Assembly (NCBI GenBank): GCA_964016885.1
Contig: OZ024757.1
Span: 29,450,001 to 29,514,000 of the forward strand
Direction: 5' to 3'
DNA: 64,000 bases
DNA from: Eledone cirrhosa
Lineage: Eukaryota
Positions 1-16,890 of the stretch are shown here, piece by piece; the first letter of the stretch is position 1; every line of letters begins with the position of its first letter. Both the position numbers and the translations under genes were made by a program. A model generated the notes under the pieces. That model was given only the letters and a program-made list of their open reading frames with translations, was not told the DNA's origin and did not search any database.

Positions 1-347
1 GAAAGAGAGAAAAGTGAAAAGGCAGCAAGGAAGCATTGTGAGGCATAGAAATGACGCGCGAGAGAGAGATGGAAGACTGAGAGAGATAGAGGGAAAAAGA
101 AAGGGTGTATTTAACTGAAAAGGAGAGTTTGGTTTATGAGTGAGATATATGTAAACGGGGTTCGGAAGTAGACAAGTAAACAAAGAGGTATATGAACACC
201 ATTTTGAAAAGTGATGTGATGGAGTGGTAGGAGAGTATTTGAAACGGAAAAACGGAAAGAGATGGATGGAAATATATTAAGATAGGTTAGGTTATGATGG
301 CGTGAGGTAGAGATTAAAGAAAGAAAAATAGAAGAGTGAGGACGAAA

Positions 348-518
348 GTGAGACTATGTTTGTGTGAAAGATAGGAGATGGTTAGAGAGAGGAGAAAGAT
401 ATATATAGAGAAATAGATGGACGTCAGTTAAGAGAGATGTGTGACAGAAATAAAGACAGGGACAAATGTGAGACTATGGTTGTGTGAAAGGAGGGAGATG
501 GCTAGAGAGGGGAGAAAG

Positions 519-551
<33 letters not shown>

Positions 552-600
552 TAGATGGACGTGAGTTAAGAGAGATGTATGACGGAATTAAAGATAGAGC
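348..600. repeat. Local imperfect tandem duplication of a purine-rich segment (~120 bp period)
   Basis: GTGAGACTATG(T/G)TTGTGTGAAAG...GGAGAAAGATATA...ATAGATGGACGT(C/G)AGTTAAGAGAGATGT occurs at ~348 and ~468. Confidence 0.7.
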
Positions 601-902
601 GAGAACTTTATTAACAGGTATGGTGGTTATGCATCAATGTCCAAGAGTTGCGATAAATTATCAGCAAACAAGAAGGGAACTGACTGTGTGAAACGAAGCA
701 ATAAGGTTATCTGAAAACATAAATATTGAAGATGCACGAAAGGACGTCTCTGTCTGACTATGAAAATGTAAGTACACATTACAAAGAACGCACTCAATAT
801 GTGACGACATGTGGTGTACGGTATACGTCTATACATACATAATATGTCACATATATATATATATAGTACGAACTTACATTTGCGTCATATAAAGGAGTGT
901 AT

Positions 903-960
<58 letters not shown>

Positions 961-2746
961 TATATATATATATAACGGAGTGCGTATTCTCACATCTCAC
1001 AAAAAACACACACATACAATCGCAAATACACATATATATATATGTATGTCCGTATATCTATATAATTTGAAACATAATCAACCTATAAAAGAGACAAAAC
1101 CTTTTTTTTTTAAATAACAAAACAGCTGACATATGTGTAATGCGTAAAGTGACAGAGAGCGCTAACTTGCTCTGGCGATTACCTCCATTTAATGCTTGAT
1201 GTTCCATAGTTATAATAGTTATATATCTATATCTATATCATATAAATAACCATATATATCAACTATATATCAATATCTATATATATCTATATTGTAATGA
1301 AACAAGTGAGTGTAGAACAAGTAAAAATTTGAAAAAAAATTATATATCTATATCTATATCCCAATAATAATATCAATATATTTACATATCTATAAAAATG
1401 AATTGTTGCGTATTAGAAAATGCATAGTTATGTGAGCGTTTAGTGACGCTGTCAGAGTATATATTGTACACACGAATATACGTACATATTCGTGTTTATG
1501 TACATATATATATATATATTCTGTATTACTGTATGCTTAAATATAGAAGGTCCTATGTTAATATGGTGATTAAGTTTACATCTAGCTATTTCTGTGTATC
1601 TTACGCATATACATATGTTTCTGTATGACAAAGCTATTCCCGATTGAACACATCTATACTTAACAAAAATATTTAGATGGGTATAATATAATACTTATCT
1701 ATAATAACAGCAATTGCACACACACATGCCCATAGACATGTACGTATGTATATATATATCATCAAGTATACATATATTTTGATGCATATATGCATATATG
1801 CATGCATATATGTATATAATAAAATGTCTATGTATATATATAATTATAATCCCTATTATATAACAATATATGCATATATACATATATATATATATTTACA
1901 TCTACAATGTTGTTTTGTATATATATATATATATATTTGGAAATCAATATCGTGAATTTAATATCAGTCGCCTACAGTGTACCCTACATGTATTTCGACA
2001 AGCAACGGGTTAATTTTCGTCCTATCGATATATATATCAATATCTATATCCATATACTCATATATCTATATATCTATATATCTATATATATCTATACATA
2101 TATAACCATATATAAAGGACTCGTTTGTTGTGTAGCTTTTTTGTAGGGCCTACCCGATGCACAGAACGGTGGCAGGGTTATTCCGCCTTCTGTGATAAGG
2201 ATAACAGGCTATAATTAGTAACTATCAATAATATCATATGAAAATAATCAATGAAACTGGAAAGCCCCACCTGAGATTTTATCAATTGCCACCATCCAGG
2301 TAGCCTAGTTCTCGAACGGTGGGGTATTTCCAGAGAAAATGCCTCACTGGTAGAGTGTTCCGCTCAAATGAGGTGCAAACGTTTTTGACTAGTTTGAGTT
2401 TGGGGGCAAATATCAAATGGCCTAATTCGGGTGTCATTCTCAGGAACACAACCAGGAATTTGGGGTGATATCACAAAAAAATTTATGAAGCGAAAAGCAA
2501 ATAATTGTTTTACTATTCCCGTATATAAATATATATGTATACATACATATATGCATACATGAGAAATATACATACTAAAAAAAAAAAGATACACAATATT
2601 TAAAAACATTTTCATATACACACACACATTTATACACAATTTTATATGGACATACAGAATACGCACTCCTGATTTATATATGTATATATATGTGTGTGAG
2701 TGTGTGAGTATGTGTGAGTGTGTGAGAGACAGACAGACAGACAGAC

Positions 2747-2812
<66 letters not shown>

Positions 2813-4052
2813 TGTGTGTGTGTGTGGCTGTTTGTGTAAGTGTGTGAGCATATTTATGCATTTCAAATGGTACGTATTAATTTGATATATTCACGCAAAT
2901 AATGTGTCTGCAAAGCAATATGTTCAGAGAAGAGCATGAGCTTTGGAAATATCGTAGAAGAATAACAACAAAGATACACAATTTATGTGAAAATAATACA
3001 AAACATTACTTGCAACTCTAAAGTTAAACAGATGTTTGCAAAATGTTAATTAAACAGACTCTCTGAATGTGTTTCCAATGCAACTATTTCGTATGAGTAC
3101 AAGATCAATAAAAAAAAATGCAGGTTTTAAATAACATAATATAAATTATATACAAAACAGCAAAAACATCAGTGATTAATATGGCATAACGTATTGTTTA
3201 AATAATAAAAATATATCAGCAGAAAAAGCAAAGAAAAACGAACAAGATGGCGCTAAAACATGAAATTTGTTCAAAGAAAATGTCATCTTTTAAATGTCCG
3301 CCATCTTTTGAAGACGTACAAAGTGTTTCTTCAGCAGTTTGCTTTTAATATAATGTTTGCAGCGTTGGTATGGAAAAACCGAGATACAGACAAATTAGAA
3401 TAATGATAATAAAAGAAAGAAATACTATAAACATACAAATATAACATACAAAAATTTACAAAATATAATAATGAATATCCAAGTTTAATCAACAGCACAG
3501 CATTTCGAAGATTTCAGAAACAAATGCCGTGTATTATTTGCATGAAACAAACCGAAATAGCTGGCAGGGATGAAAGAGAATACACCAAAGGCAGGTGAAA
3601 TGATGTGTCAGGCAGAATTCTGAGTGGCCAAAGCAGTGTTTTAGATATTGAATTAAGTAAAAGGATAATAAGAGCAGCAGACACCATTACATTAAAATAA
3701 ACATACCGCCAAATAGAGATATGAAAACCATATAGATATACACACAAAAATATATATAGGTAGATATACATGCAGGGTGTACGACTGCAATACATTAGAG
3801 GGTAATGTTTTGTATTATGCATATGATGAATGGGGAGAGTATATACTTAGTTAATGGGTGAATGAGAGAAAGCGATTAGAAGAAAGCGAGGGGTGGGGAA
3901 TATAGAGAAAAAATGAGATATTCAATAATGTGCATGGAATTGTAGTAAGCGTGACTCATGTGACAGAAGGTGGTATTCAAAAGTATTTCAGAAATACTTC
4001 TATACAGAAAAATGTTAAAGCCACCCAGATGTTAAAGCCAGCCAGATCCACT

Positions 4053-4134
<82 letters not shown>

Positions 4135-4922
4135 TAAATAAATTTAACCAAATCAAAATATGTATAGTGTTGACATTTCAGACAGCAAGCAGCATAGAAG
4201 TACTGAATAGTAGAGAAAGAACATTTTATATATATATATAATAGAGAGAGAGTGTGGGAGAGAGAGAGATAACTAATAAGTGAGGATAGAGTTCTAAAAG
4301 AATCAATGAGTGACTACGATACGATGAAGTAAATGTGTAGCAGGCAACAAACAGTTTATTAAGTGTCCTACGTAACTGGTCTCGATCGACCTCTATAACA
4401 TAAAGAAACTTTGCAAGATTCCCAATAACTATAAACCTGTAAGTATATATATATATATATGATATATATATATTTATAATATATATAAAATAGCAATATA
4501 TATGTATAAAATAGCAGCATATATATATATAATATATATGTATAGTATAGCAACATATATATGTATAAAATAGCAATATATATACATATATATATATGTA
4601 TATATATATCTAAAATATATATATATAATAGCAACATATATATATATATATTTGTGTGTGTATATATATATTAAAACATAGACGTGTGTGTTTATGGTTG
4701 TTTCTGTATGTGCCCGTGCAAATATGTGTACGCATATCTATTTATAGATACGTGCATATTCAGAAAAAAAGAATGGTTGCAGGCTGATACGTGAAATCCA
4801 AAATGGCGCCAAGGATTTCACGTCTCTTCTGTAACGTGTAATATACTTTAGTAAATACGTTCGTTTTTGTGACGAAGCCGGGAACTACAATTGAACAAAC
4901 ACACACATACACACACACAAAC

Positions 4923-4954
<32 letters not shown>

Positions 4955-5533
4955 AAAGAGAGAACTACACATACATATATATATTCGTTTATAAGAGAAT
5001 ATTGTGAGTTTTTATGTCTACATTATAATTATATATATATATAATTATATATATATATATATATATAGACATTAATTTGCGATCTACACGCCAATATTAT
5101 CAGCCGCATATCTTCCCATGTTTTAAACGTATAGATTATAGACACGCACACATATGTATATATATATATACACTCGCATAGAGGAATCTGGTATTCCGAG
5201 CCAGTATAACTAGCAGACTACATACAAACATTAGAAGGTGCAAATATACCGAGCATGTAATATCTTACAGTAATAAGGAAATATATATATATAAAACAAA
5301 TACAAAAACACACTATTAGATATTCCAGTAGATTGTCATTGAAAGTGTGAATTGTGCCAAAGCCTGTCAAGAGATTCGACAAGAGAGAAATAGAAAAAGA
5401 AGCCGAATTGTGAGATGAATATTGAAAAAGATTTCTCTACTTAATATAAATCTCATTCCTTACACCAGGCTTACAAGCTTAGAATCCGGCATCGTTAGGA
5501 CACCCATACACACATATATATATATATACATAC

Positions 5534-5590
<57 letters not shown>

Positions 5591-5611
5591 ACGTGTGAAT
5601 TCCCTTATTTA

Positions 5612-5646
<35 letters not shown>

Positions 5647-5824
5647 AGAGCGCATATGTAATACTTATGAATATATATTTAGTGTCTGTATGAATTTAGT
5701 GTAGATTATAAGGATTGAATAAAATATATCACATTCGGAATGAAATGAAATACCGCTCCCAATATCAATACATATATTGATACAAATGTTAATTTGTCTC
5801 TCTATCTATTTATCTGTCTGTCTA

Positions 5825-5857
<33 letters not shown>

Positions 5858-5934
5858 TTATATATCTGTCAATTTTAGTTTCACACTTGCTGTTTTCTAA
5901 CTATCTTAAGTAAGATTACATTACGAATCTCTGC

Positions 5935-6001
<67 letters not shown>

Positions 6002-6030
6002 TATATATATATATATATACGTACATATAC

Positions 6031-6090
<60 letters not shown>

Positions 6091-6094
6091 GTAC

Positions 6095-6138
<44 letters not shown>

Positions 6139-6507
6139 GTGTTTCTGTGTGTGCGTAAACGTACATTTATGTGCGAATGTAGGCATGGATGAAGTGAATA
6201 TACAAGTCTATGACTGAATATAAATTATCTTTGTATATATGTATGAACGTATGATTTCTACGTATGTAGCTATGTTATATGTAGCTATCGTATCTACCTC
6301 ATTATTAACAATCAGCAAAGTTTATCAGTACAGTACATCTCAAACTTCAAGACATTATGTTCACTTATGCGACAACAACACAAAATTCAACATTCTACCA
6401 AGACATAAATTTAAATTCTCCCCATAATTGTTTACAAGTCTATTTTTCTACCGTGCGCTTTAAAATGCACCAACTACACACACAAACAAATCTGTTTGTG
6501 TGTGCGC

Positions 6508-6637
<130 letters not shown>

Positions 6638-7150
6638 TATATAAATATACATTATATATAAGCATTATATATATATATATATATATATATAAGCATAATA
6701 TATATATATAAGCATTATAAACATATATATATATATAAGCACATTATATATAAATATATATATTATATATAAGCATTATATATATATATATATTATATAT
6801 AAGCATTATATATATATATATATTATATATAAGTATTATATATATATATATAAGCATAATATATATATATATATATATGCCAGTTTTCTTTTGTTCCATG
6901 TCTCAATTTAAAGAGAAGTTGAATTGTAGTTAAGCAACTTCTAAATCAGATGTATTACTAAAGGTAACTATTAAAGAATTAAAGCTTCGTCTAAACTGTG
7001 CTCACCTTTGCAGTAAAGTTTTTCCTTCTTCTATATGTGGTTTTGAACTGAATGTTGTTGGAGCGCTGTTTGTGTGTTATATTTACTCTATTATCATATT
7101 ACTATTAATGTATTGCATGCTACTCAAAATGTTTTATGCGTTATCAATGG

Positions 7151-7241
<91 letters not shown>

Positions 7242-7494
7242 CAACATATATATATATAAACATCCTGCTACCTCTGAAATCGTTATGATTAAAGAATTTG
7301 GCTTTCATTCATTCTAATCTCTTCTGAAACAGCAACCATAAGATAAGTAAAACTGTAATATAACTTATATTTCCGACGAATGGCGACAAAATATAAAGAA
7401 TAATAAATTGGTAGAAAAACATCAACAATAACAGAAATCATTAAATAAATGGAAAATGTAGGGAAGCGATGCGGATTAAATAATGAATTTTCGA

Positions 7495-8588
<1,094 letters not shown>

Positions 8589-9371
8589 CTACTGTAAGAT
8601 ACACTAATGATACAAAGAACGAGGAGTGGGAAGAGGAGAAGAAGAATATGAAGTTGAATTGAATAAAGAAGGACATTAGAAACAATGAAATAATTTGATT
8701 TGAAGGAGAAAAAACAAAAACATTTCACTGAATATAAAGTTTAATACTTGACTAACAAACCGGAAACAGATAATGTACCATTGACGATATTAACGACTAC
8801 AACTACAACAACAGCAATAAGAGCAACAACAAAAACAACCATAATAATAATAATAATAATAATAATAATGGTAATATAAATGAAGATAACAACAAGAACA
8901 TTACTGAAATGACGAGGCAAAACAGAGAAAGGAGAACTTATCTATCCATCCTGTCATCTTCGCGGTGGCAGCAGCGATGGGAAGAAATTATGGAGAGAAT
9001 TTGATATAGAGAGAATACAAAAGAAAGAAGCAGCAATAAAAAACATTAATATGATGATTAGAATTTAAAAAAAAACAAACATAGAAAACTAAAACATATG
9101 AAGAAAAACCAAGGAAGATGTTGGCGTTGATGATAATTATAATGATGATGATCATAATGATGATCGTCATAACATACTACTACTACTACTAATAATAATA
9201 ATAATGGTTTCATTTATTGGCCACAAGGGAAAAGATATAGGGGGCAAGACAATAGACAGGGACAGTGGTGGGGTTTGGAATAAGATTGAGTTTTAAAAAC
9301 TTACACAATAAAAAAAGAGAACTAACAATGAAAACATATAAAACATAGAATATATAACAAAATAAATAAAT

Positions 9372-9415
<44 letters not shown>

Positions 9416-10455
9416 GGACAATAACAATAATAATAAATACAGTGAGAGTAATGATTTCTAATTTAATAAGTGTAACAATAGTAAGACCAATTGTATCAAT
9501 AATTGCGAAAAGAAACGTATAATGATAATAAGAGTAGTTTTAATAGTATTGAAAATAATTACGAAGAAGAAATAATGCTTTCTAAAGTTACTAATGGTTT
9601 CTTACATTAATAATGTATTAAAAAATAGCGTCAACAATAAGAATAAGAATTATTAAAACTGATTTAATCGAATACTAAACAATATCGATCTTTTAAAGTA
9701 ATAAAGGATTGCCGATGTGGAAAAATGAAGACGAATAAAAAAAAATAATAATAAGAAGAAGAAGAAGAAATAAATAAAAGATCAAACAACAACAGTAATG
9801 ACAAATATATAATATATATATATATATATATATAAAGATATATTTCCTGCAAAACAACCAAAATATGACAAATGTGAATGTTTTTTGGAGAAACATAAAC
9901 GACTTCACTGAAAATAGTTTAATACTAAGAGATGAATTAAAGGAAAATAATCACTAAACATTACAAAGCAATACAAGGAAATGACAACAATACAATTATT
10001 AAAAAGTCACACAAATTCTGAAATATATTAAGAGAATATAAATAATCCGGTTTTGCGTAAAGAAGCACTTCTGTTCTTGACACGTTGTTATGAATACTTC
10101 CTATATACAGTTGACGAGATGTACGTGACGGAAGACATGTTGTCTCCGCGATTGGCGTACTCGAGATGGTGTAGTGTTGATGGTGTGGTGGTGATGTGAT
10201 GGTGATGTGCTGGTGAGGTGGTAATGGTTATGCTGTTTATGATAGTGGAGAAGACTTCTTTTTTTAAAGTGTGGTGTGAGTATTTATTTTTTGCAGGCTC
10301 GACTATAATGTATGCGTGTGTGAGTGTGTGTGTGAGAGAGAGAGAGAGAGAAAGAGAGAGAGTGAGAAACATGTCGACGAAACTGTAGGTCCCTGAGTAA
10401 CACCTGTAGCATTCTCATATTAAACATACATATATAAATATACATATATACATAC

Positions 10456-10496
<41 letters not shown>

Positions 10497-10671
10497 TATA
10501 CATACGTATATATATAAATATACATATATATATATATATATATATATGCGTGTGTGTACCTGTGTGAATATATATATATATATATATGCGTATGTAGATG
10601 TGTGCGTATATAAAACAGCTTCTGCAAGCTAGATACTCAGTTGACATCTACCCTGCATATATATATATATA

Positions 10672-10717
<46 letters not shown>

Positions 10718-11270
10718 CATACATATATACATATGCATATACACATATACATACATATATATATATATATTCAAGCCAAGTTGATTGCACTATTTGTTCT
10801 CACAATATACCTTTAAGTGTGCTGTATCAGTGCCAATTTTTTCCCACCCCCCACCTCTGTGAAATATATATTTGAAAAGTCTAATCACATACCATTTGTT
10901 ATCGTTTATTATTGATTATTATGACTGACTAGTATTGTTGTTGTTGTTATTATATTATATTATTATTATTATTATTATTGTTCTCGCTGTTTATGTTTAT
11001 TTCTTTTCTGTTGTGGCAATTTAGCTCTCCTATTTTTCATGTAAAATACACTGATTGTATGATAAGAAATAAATGAATTATATATGTATATATATATAAT
11101 ATATAATATACAACCATATTCGCACACATACACATATACCTATATATAAGTATATATTTATATACATATATATACATATATACATATATATCTATATGTG
11201 TATATATATATATATACGTATTTCATATAAACACACTCACTCATACATATATACATACACATATACATAA

Positions 11271-11307
<37 letters not shown>

Positions 11308-11629
11308 TTTATAGATATATATATATATGGATATATACATATATAATTGAAATTGATGTCACGTCTACTGTCTGTTATTTATCTTCTCTTGTCTTTGATT
11401 CACCCCGTGGCTGTTCATTGCAATGTTTACAGTGATTCCTCTAAAGCCCTAATTACGGGATGCGGCGAAGATGTTTCGTGTGTTGTCGGCGAAAACGAAA
11501 AGTTCACACGACTGCCAACCTGAAGAATCGTGGATTCATATCTCATAGACCTCAGTACATCCTACTTATGGAAACATATATCTCTGTTCTTCCTTTAATT
11601 CCTTTCAGGTAAACGTGGAAGATAGATCA

Positions 11630-13111
11630 GTTGATAGGAATATAAGTTTGTTGTAAGGAATATAAGTCTGTTGTAAGGAATACAAGTCTGTTGTAAGGAA
11701 TATAAGTCTGTTGTAAGGAATACAAGTCTGTTGTAAGGAATACACGTCTGTTGTAAGGAATACACGTCTGTTGTAAGGAATACAAGTCTGTTGTAAAGAA
11801 TATACGTCTGTTGTAAGGAATATAAGTATGTTGTAAGGAATACAAGTCTGTTGTAAGGAATATACGTCTGTTGTAAGGAATATAAGTATGTTGTAAGGAA
11901 TACAAGTCTGTTGTAATGAATATAAGTCTGTTGTAAGGAATATAAGTCTGTTGTAAGGAATATAAGTATGTTGTAAGGGATATATGTCTGTTGTAAGGAA
12001 TATAAGTCTGTTGTAAGGAATATAAGTCTGCTGTAAGGAATACAAATCTGCTGTAAGGAATATGTCTGTTGTAAGGAATATGTCTGTTGTAAGGAATATA
12101 AGTCTCTTGTAAGGAATATAAGTCTGTTGTAAGGAATACAAGTCTGTTGTAAGGAGTACAAGTCTGTAGTAAGGAATATAAGTCTGTTGTAAGGAATAAG
12201 TCTGTTGTAAGGAATAAGTCTGTTGTCAGGAATATAAGTCTGTTGTCAGGAATATAAGTCTGTTGTAAGGAATATAAGTCTCTTGTAAGGAATATAAGTC
12301 TCTTGTAAGGAATATAAGTCTGTTGTAAGGAATACAAGTCTGTTGTAAGGAGTACAAGTCTGTAGTAAGGAATACAAGTCTGTTGTAAGGAATAAGTCTG
12401 TTGTAAGGAATACAAGTCTGTTGTAAGGAATATGTCTGTTGTCAGGAATATAAGTCTCTTGTAAGGAATATAAGTCTGTTGTAAGGAATATAAGTCTGTT
12501 GTAAGGAATACACGTCTGTTGTAAGGAATACACGTCTGTTGTAAGGAATACACGTCTGTTGTAAGGAATACACGTCTGTTGTAAGGAATACACGTCTGTT
12601 GTAAGGAATACACGTCTGTTGTAAGGAATACACGTCTGTTGTAAGGAATACACGTCTGTTGTAAGGAATACACGTCTGTTGTAAGGAATATAAGTCTGTT
12701 GTAAGGAATATAAGTCTGTTGTAAGGAATATAAGTCTGTTGTAAGGAATATAAGTCTGTTGTAAGGGATATATGTCTGTTGTAAGGAATATAAGTCTGTT
12801 GTAAGGAATATAAGTCTGCTGTAAGGAATACAAGTCTGTTGTAAGGAATACACGTATGTTGTAAGAAATACAAGTCTGTTGTAAGGAATATACGTCTGTT
12901 GTAAGGAATATAAGTATGTTGTAAGGAATACAAGTCTGTTGTAATGAATATACGTCTGTTGTAAGGAATATAAGTCTGTTGTAAAGAATACACGTCTGTT
13001 GTAAGGAATACAAGTCTGTTGTAAGGAATACAAGCCTGTTGTAAGGAGTACAAGTCTGTAGTAAGGAATACACGTCTGTTGTAAGGAATATAAGTCTGTT
13101 GTAAGGAATAT
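11630..13111. repeat. 20-bp minisatellite (consensus AAGGAATA(T/C)A(A/C)GTCTGTTGT), roughly 75 units with some 18-bp variants
   Basis: Clear 20-nt periodicity; the overlapping YSLQQTYIPYNRLIFLTTD ORFs are artefacts of it. Confidence 0.97.
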
Positions 13112-13317
13112 GGATAAAGTTTCTCATGAATGAAAACATCAAAAACATTCCAGAACAATACTTTAGTTTTATCTATTGCTATCTTATCACCTAATATACT
13201 TTCGATGCCTATAGTATATCCAAGCTCAGATGGATTTAAATATATATGAATAGAACCACCCTATTGTTGATGAGCACCTTGGTGTACTATAACAGGTTCG
13301 CTAATTAACTCGTATAT

Positions 13318-13504
13318 AATTGTTTCTACTTTTGGCACAAGGCCAGCAATATGCCAGTGTATTACTGGTACTTTATTTTATCGACCCCGTAAGGATGAAA
13401 GGCAATGTTAACCTCGGCGGGATTTGAACTCAGACCATAAAGGGCCATAACTCTTTGCTGCAAAGCATAGCGTCCGACCCTCAGCCGATACTGCCAATCC
13501 ACCG
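13318..13504 (-). mobile_element. tRNA-derived SINE with Meta-type central domain
   Basis: Reverse complement reads TGGCAGTATCGG (A-box-like) ... GAGTTCAAATCCC (B box) ... GCCTTTCATCCTTACGGGGTCGATAAAATAAAGTACC ... GTAGAAACAATT; multiple near-identical copies in the window. Confidence 0.9.
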
Positions 13505-15104
13505 TAACTGGTATATAATTCCACCAAACTACCGATCTATGATTGAGGAATGTGCTGTTGGTTTATAACAATGAATTCACTAGTTAACTCGTGTATAGTT
13601 TGTCCAATAGAACCGACGGGTTGATGATAGTATCTTTAAGTATAACAATGATTTCATTTATTAACTAGTGTATAAGGACAACGAATAAAACCTCCCTGTG
13701 ACTGGTGAATATTTTTTTGCCTTATAACAATGAATTCGCTAATTAACTTGTGTATAGATGGATCAATTAAACTGTTCTGTGATTGATGGGTATCTTGGCT
13801 GACAGGAAGGCGTTTGCTAGTTAAATTGTGTAGAACACGAAGTGATTGTTCGTTTAACTTAATCCATTGACGTTTGTACAACTGCAAGAAATAGAAATCA
13901 ATAGTAGTGACACACGTTAATGAAACTTAAAAGTCACCACAGAGGGTGATGAGATCCTTGAAATAAAAGATTGAAAGGAAAAGTCTTTATAATAACAAGT
14001 TCGCTAGTTAAAGCGTTTCTAGTTCGATGATATTGACTCCCATAACTAAGTTTATGAGTGTTTCTATAACAGGAAGAAATAAAAATCCGTGCTGGTTAAT
14101 GATATTTAGAAGTCACCACTAAGGAAAATGAAATTCCTGAAATTATAGATTACAGTGAAAATCTTAAAATATGATTGTTCTGTTAATTTTGTTTAAGAAA
14201 TGCATGTCAGAATATTTCTCATTTTATATCATCTGGGTTATTAAATTTATTTTACTACAACTAGAAGTTAATTGTAGCATGCCAGAAGTTTATATTTACC
14301 TGCAAGAACTCGCTTATAAATAGAACTGCATTTATTTGTTATATAAGAATGGAATAACATTATGTGACATTTATATATTTTTAAACACTACAACGAAGCA
14401 TTAATCCGGTAGTTTTATATAACAGAAATAGCAAGCAACGTCCCCTCGAATCACATTATACAATTCCGATAAACAAAAATTTGATAATGTAGCTGGAACT
14501 CTCTATTCTAGACAAAATGACGAGATAGGAAGATCATGGTTCAACTATTTTAGCTACTAATTCTCTAAAATCAAGATCGACTCTAAGATGATACAAATGA
14601 AGGGAAATTTCTCTCAACCAGAACTGAAACGACGGTGGAAATATGGAATATTATTCCAAACACTTTATTTATATTTTCTATTACAGCGGCAGCAGTATCA
14701 CAAATTATGAGAAACAAGGGAGAGTGGTGAAAATCTACCTCCTCGGTTGGAGAGCATAACTTTACTGCACCCCACGAACAAGATGGGGGGAAAACGTTGA
14801 CGTGAAGATCAGACAGTGATGTAATCTGCACCAACCATTATATATCGTGTGACTCCTTTATCAGACATGATGGCGTCAGACTCTCATCTTGATTTTGCAT
14901 AGCAAAAGAGTAACTCAGTGACCGAGGACATAGGAGGTTTCAATGGCAGCCGATAGAAACGAAAGTATCAACATATGTCGGTCAATAAATAATAATAAAA
15001 AAAGTTGGGTCAGTTTTGTTACATTTATGTCCTCAGATGTCATTTCGGGTCTGGTTTGCCATGTTATAATAGTATCCATAAACGCTGGGTCAAGTTTGAC
15101 CCAG

Positions 15105-15250
15105 TGATATCATCAGATAAGATTTTAAGGTAGGTTTTGACACACTGATATCATCAGATAAGATTTTAAGGTAGGTTTTGACACACTGATATCATCAGAT
15201 AAGATTTTAAGGTAAGTTTTGACGCACTGATATCGTCAGATACAATTTTT
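15105..15250. repeat. 41-bp tandem repeat, ~3.5 copies
   Basis: TGATATCATCAGATAAGATTTTAAGGTA(G/A)GTTTTGAC(A/G)CAC at 15105, 15146, 15187, and a partial copy at 15228. Confidence 0.9.
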
Positions 15251-15548
15251 AAGCTCAGTTATTTACGTAATCATCAGGCAACATTTTGGATCAATGTTTT
15301 TGCACAATGATATCACCAAATGTCATCTCCTTCTAAATGTCACCAATGGTCCATATGAAAATAATATTTGAATAATCACTGGAAACAAGATTTCAATAAC
15401 AACAACAAAAAAGACAACAACAAAAACAAGAATTGTTTTAACAAATGTGGAAATTAAACCATTTTCCGTTTTCTCTACATTTTTTTTCTATTGAGCGGTG
15501 TTTTCTGTTTTGTTAAACTACTACTACTACTACTACTACTACTACAAC

Positions 15549-15597
<49 letters not shown>

Positions 15598-15867
15598 ATT
15601 ACTATTATTATTATTATTAGCATTCTTTTGTCTTTTATTCGATGTCAAAGCGTTAACACCATTCATCGATTAATGGAGAATTAAACCAGCTGCTTAAACT
15701 AACAATAAAAACAACGCTGAAACAAAGAGTATAAAAAGAAAACAGCGAAACAAGATTGTTGGTGGAGAATAAATATCTCATATTTACTGTTTTGCAAGTC
15801 AAATGACACTGTTGCAATATCTTGAGAAATTATGTTAGCTTCCGTCGACTTGTTTATTACAATTACA

Positions 15868-16056
15868 GGCGCTGGAATGGCAGTAACGGTAGATGGTCGG
15901 ACGCTATGCTTTGCAGCATAGAGTTATGGCCCTTTGCGGTCTGATCTCAAACACCACCGAGGTTAACTTCGCTTTTCATCCTTACAGGGTCGATAAAATA
16001 ACGCAACAGTAATGCACTGGGGTAATTGCTGACCTTGTGCCTAAAGTAGAAACACC
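15868..16056 (+). mobile_element. Meta-domain tRNA SINE, diverged copy
   Basis: TGGCAGTAACGG...TTTTCATCCTTACAGGGTCGATAAAAT...GTAGAAACA; aligns by eye to the copy at 43293-43484. Confidence 0.85.
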
Positions 16057-16744
16057 ACATCTATCTCTCTATAAATATCTACACCTGTGTCTGTTAGAGA
16101 AATCAATGTCATTAGTGTTTACCAGATTTACCTGTTAATTTAATAATCACTGTCTATGTATTAGTCTGCTGTGTGGGGGGGGTCTGTTGTTGGTGTACTG
16201 GTGTGTATATTTGTATCTGCTGCTGTTGATGTGTGTGTGTACGTGTGTGTGTACGTGTGTTTGAGTTTGTTGTAGGTGTGTATGCATGTGTGCATCTATG
16301 TATGTATGTATGTAAGAATGCATGTATATATATGCGTTTATGCATGTATGTATGTATATGTGTGTGTATGCATGTATGTATGTATGTATGCATGTATGTA
16401 TGTATGTATGTATGTATGTGTGCATACATGTATATATGTGTGCATGTAAGAATGTGTGCATATATATATGTATGTATATATGTATGCGTGAATGTATGTA
16501 TGTATGAGTGCATGCATATATATGTGTGTGCAAACATGTATGTATTTATGTATGTATGTGTGTATGCATGCTGGTGGAGCACATCCCTCCCAGGTCTGAA
16601 CACAGAAATAAAGAAAGGAATGAATCCCACTAACAAACTGGCCCTTCTTTTACCGATATCAGCAAGATGAAACGAGAGAGGAGTGAGAAAGACAGAATGA
16701 ATGGAGACAGAGTAAGTAAGAGATCTAGAGGAAGAATCGCCTCC

Positions 16745-16890
16745 AATACCTAACTGGATTTTCTTTTATCGATCTCGAAAGGATGAAAGGCAATATTGAC
16801 TTCGGTGGGATTTGAACTCATAACACGGCGAGTCGTAACGAATGTCGTTAACATTTAATCTGACGCCCTAAAGACTCTGTCAATTCGCCA
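16745..16890 (-). mobile_element. Meta-domain SINE, old diverged copy
   Basis: TTTTATCGATCTCGAAAGGATGAAAGGC...GGGATTTGAACTCA. Confidence 0.7.

Noticed and set aside
11630-13111. CRISPR array or long repeat protein
   Set aside because: Contiguous 20-bp units with no unique spacers, eukaryotic context, no cas genes; the ORFs arise from repeat periodicity
15105-15250. CTGATGA on the minus strand of the 41-bp repeat as a hammerhead
   Set aside because: No GAAA or stem II/III in the required positions
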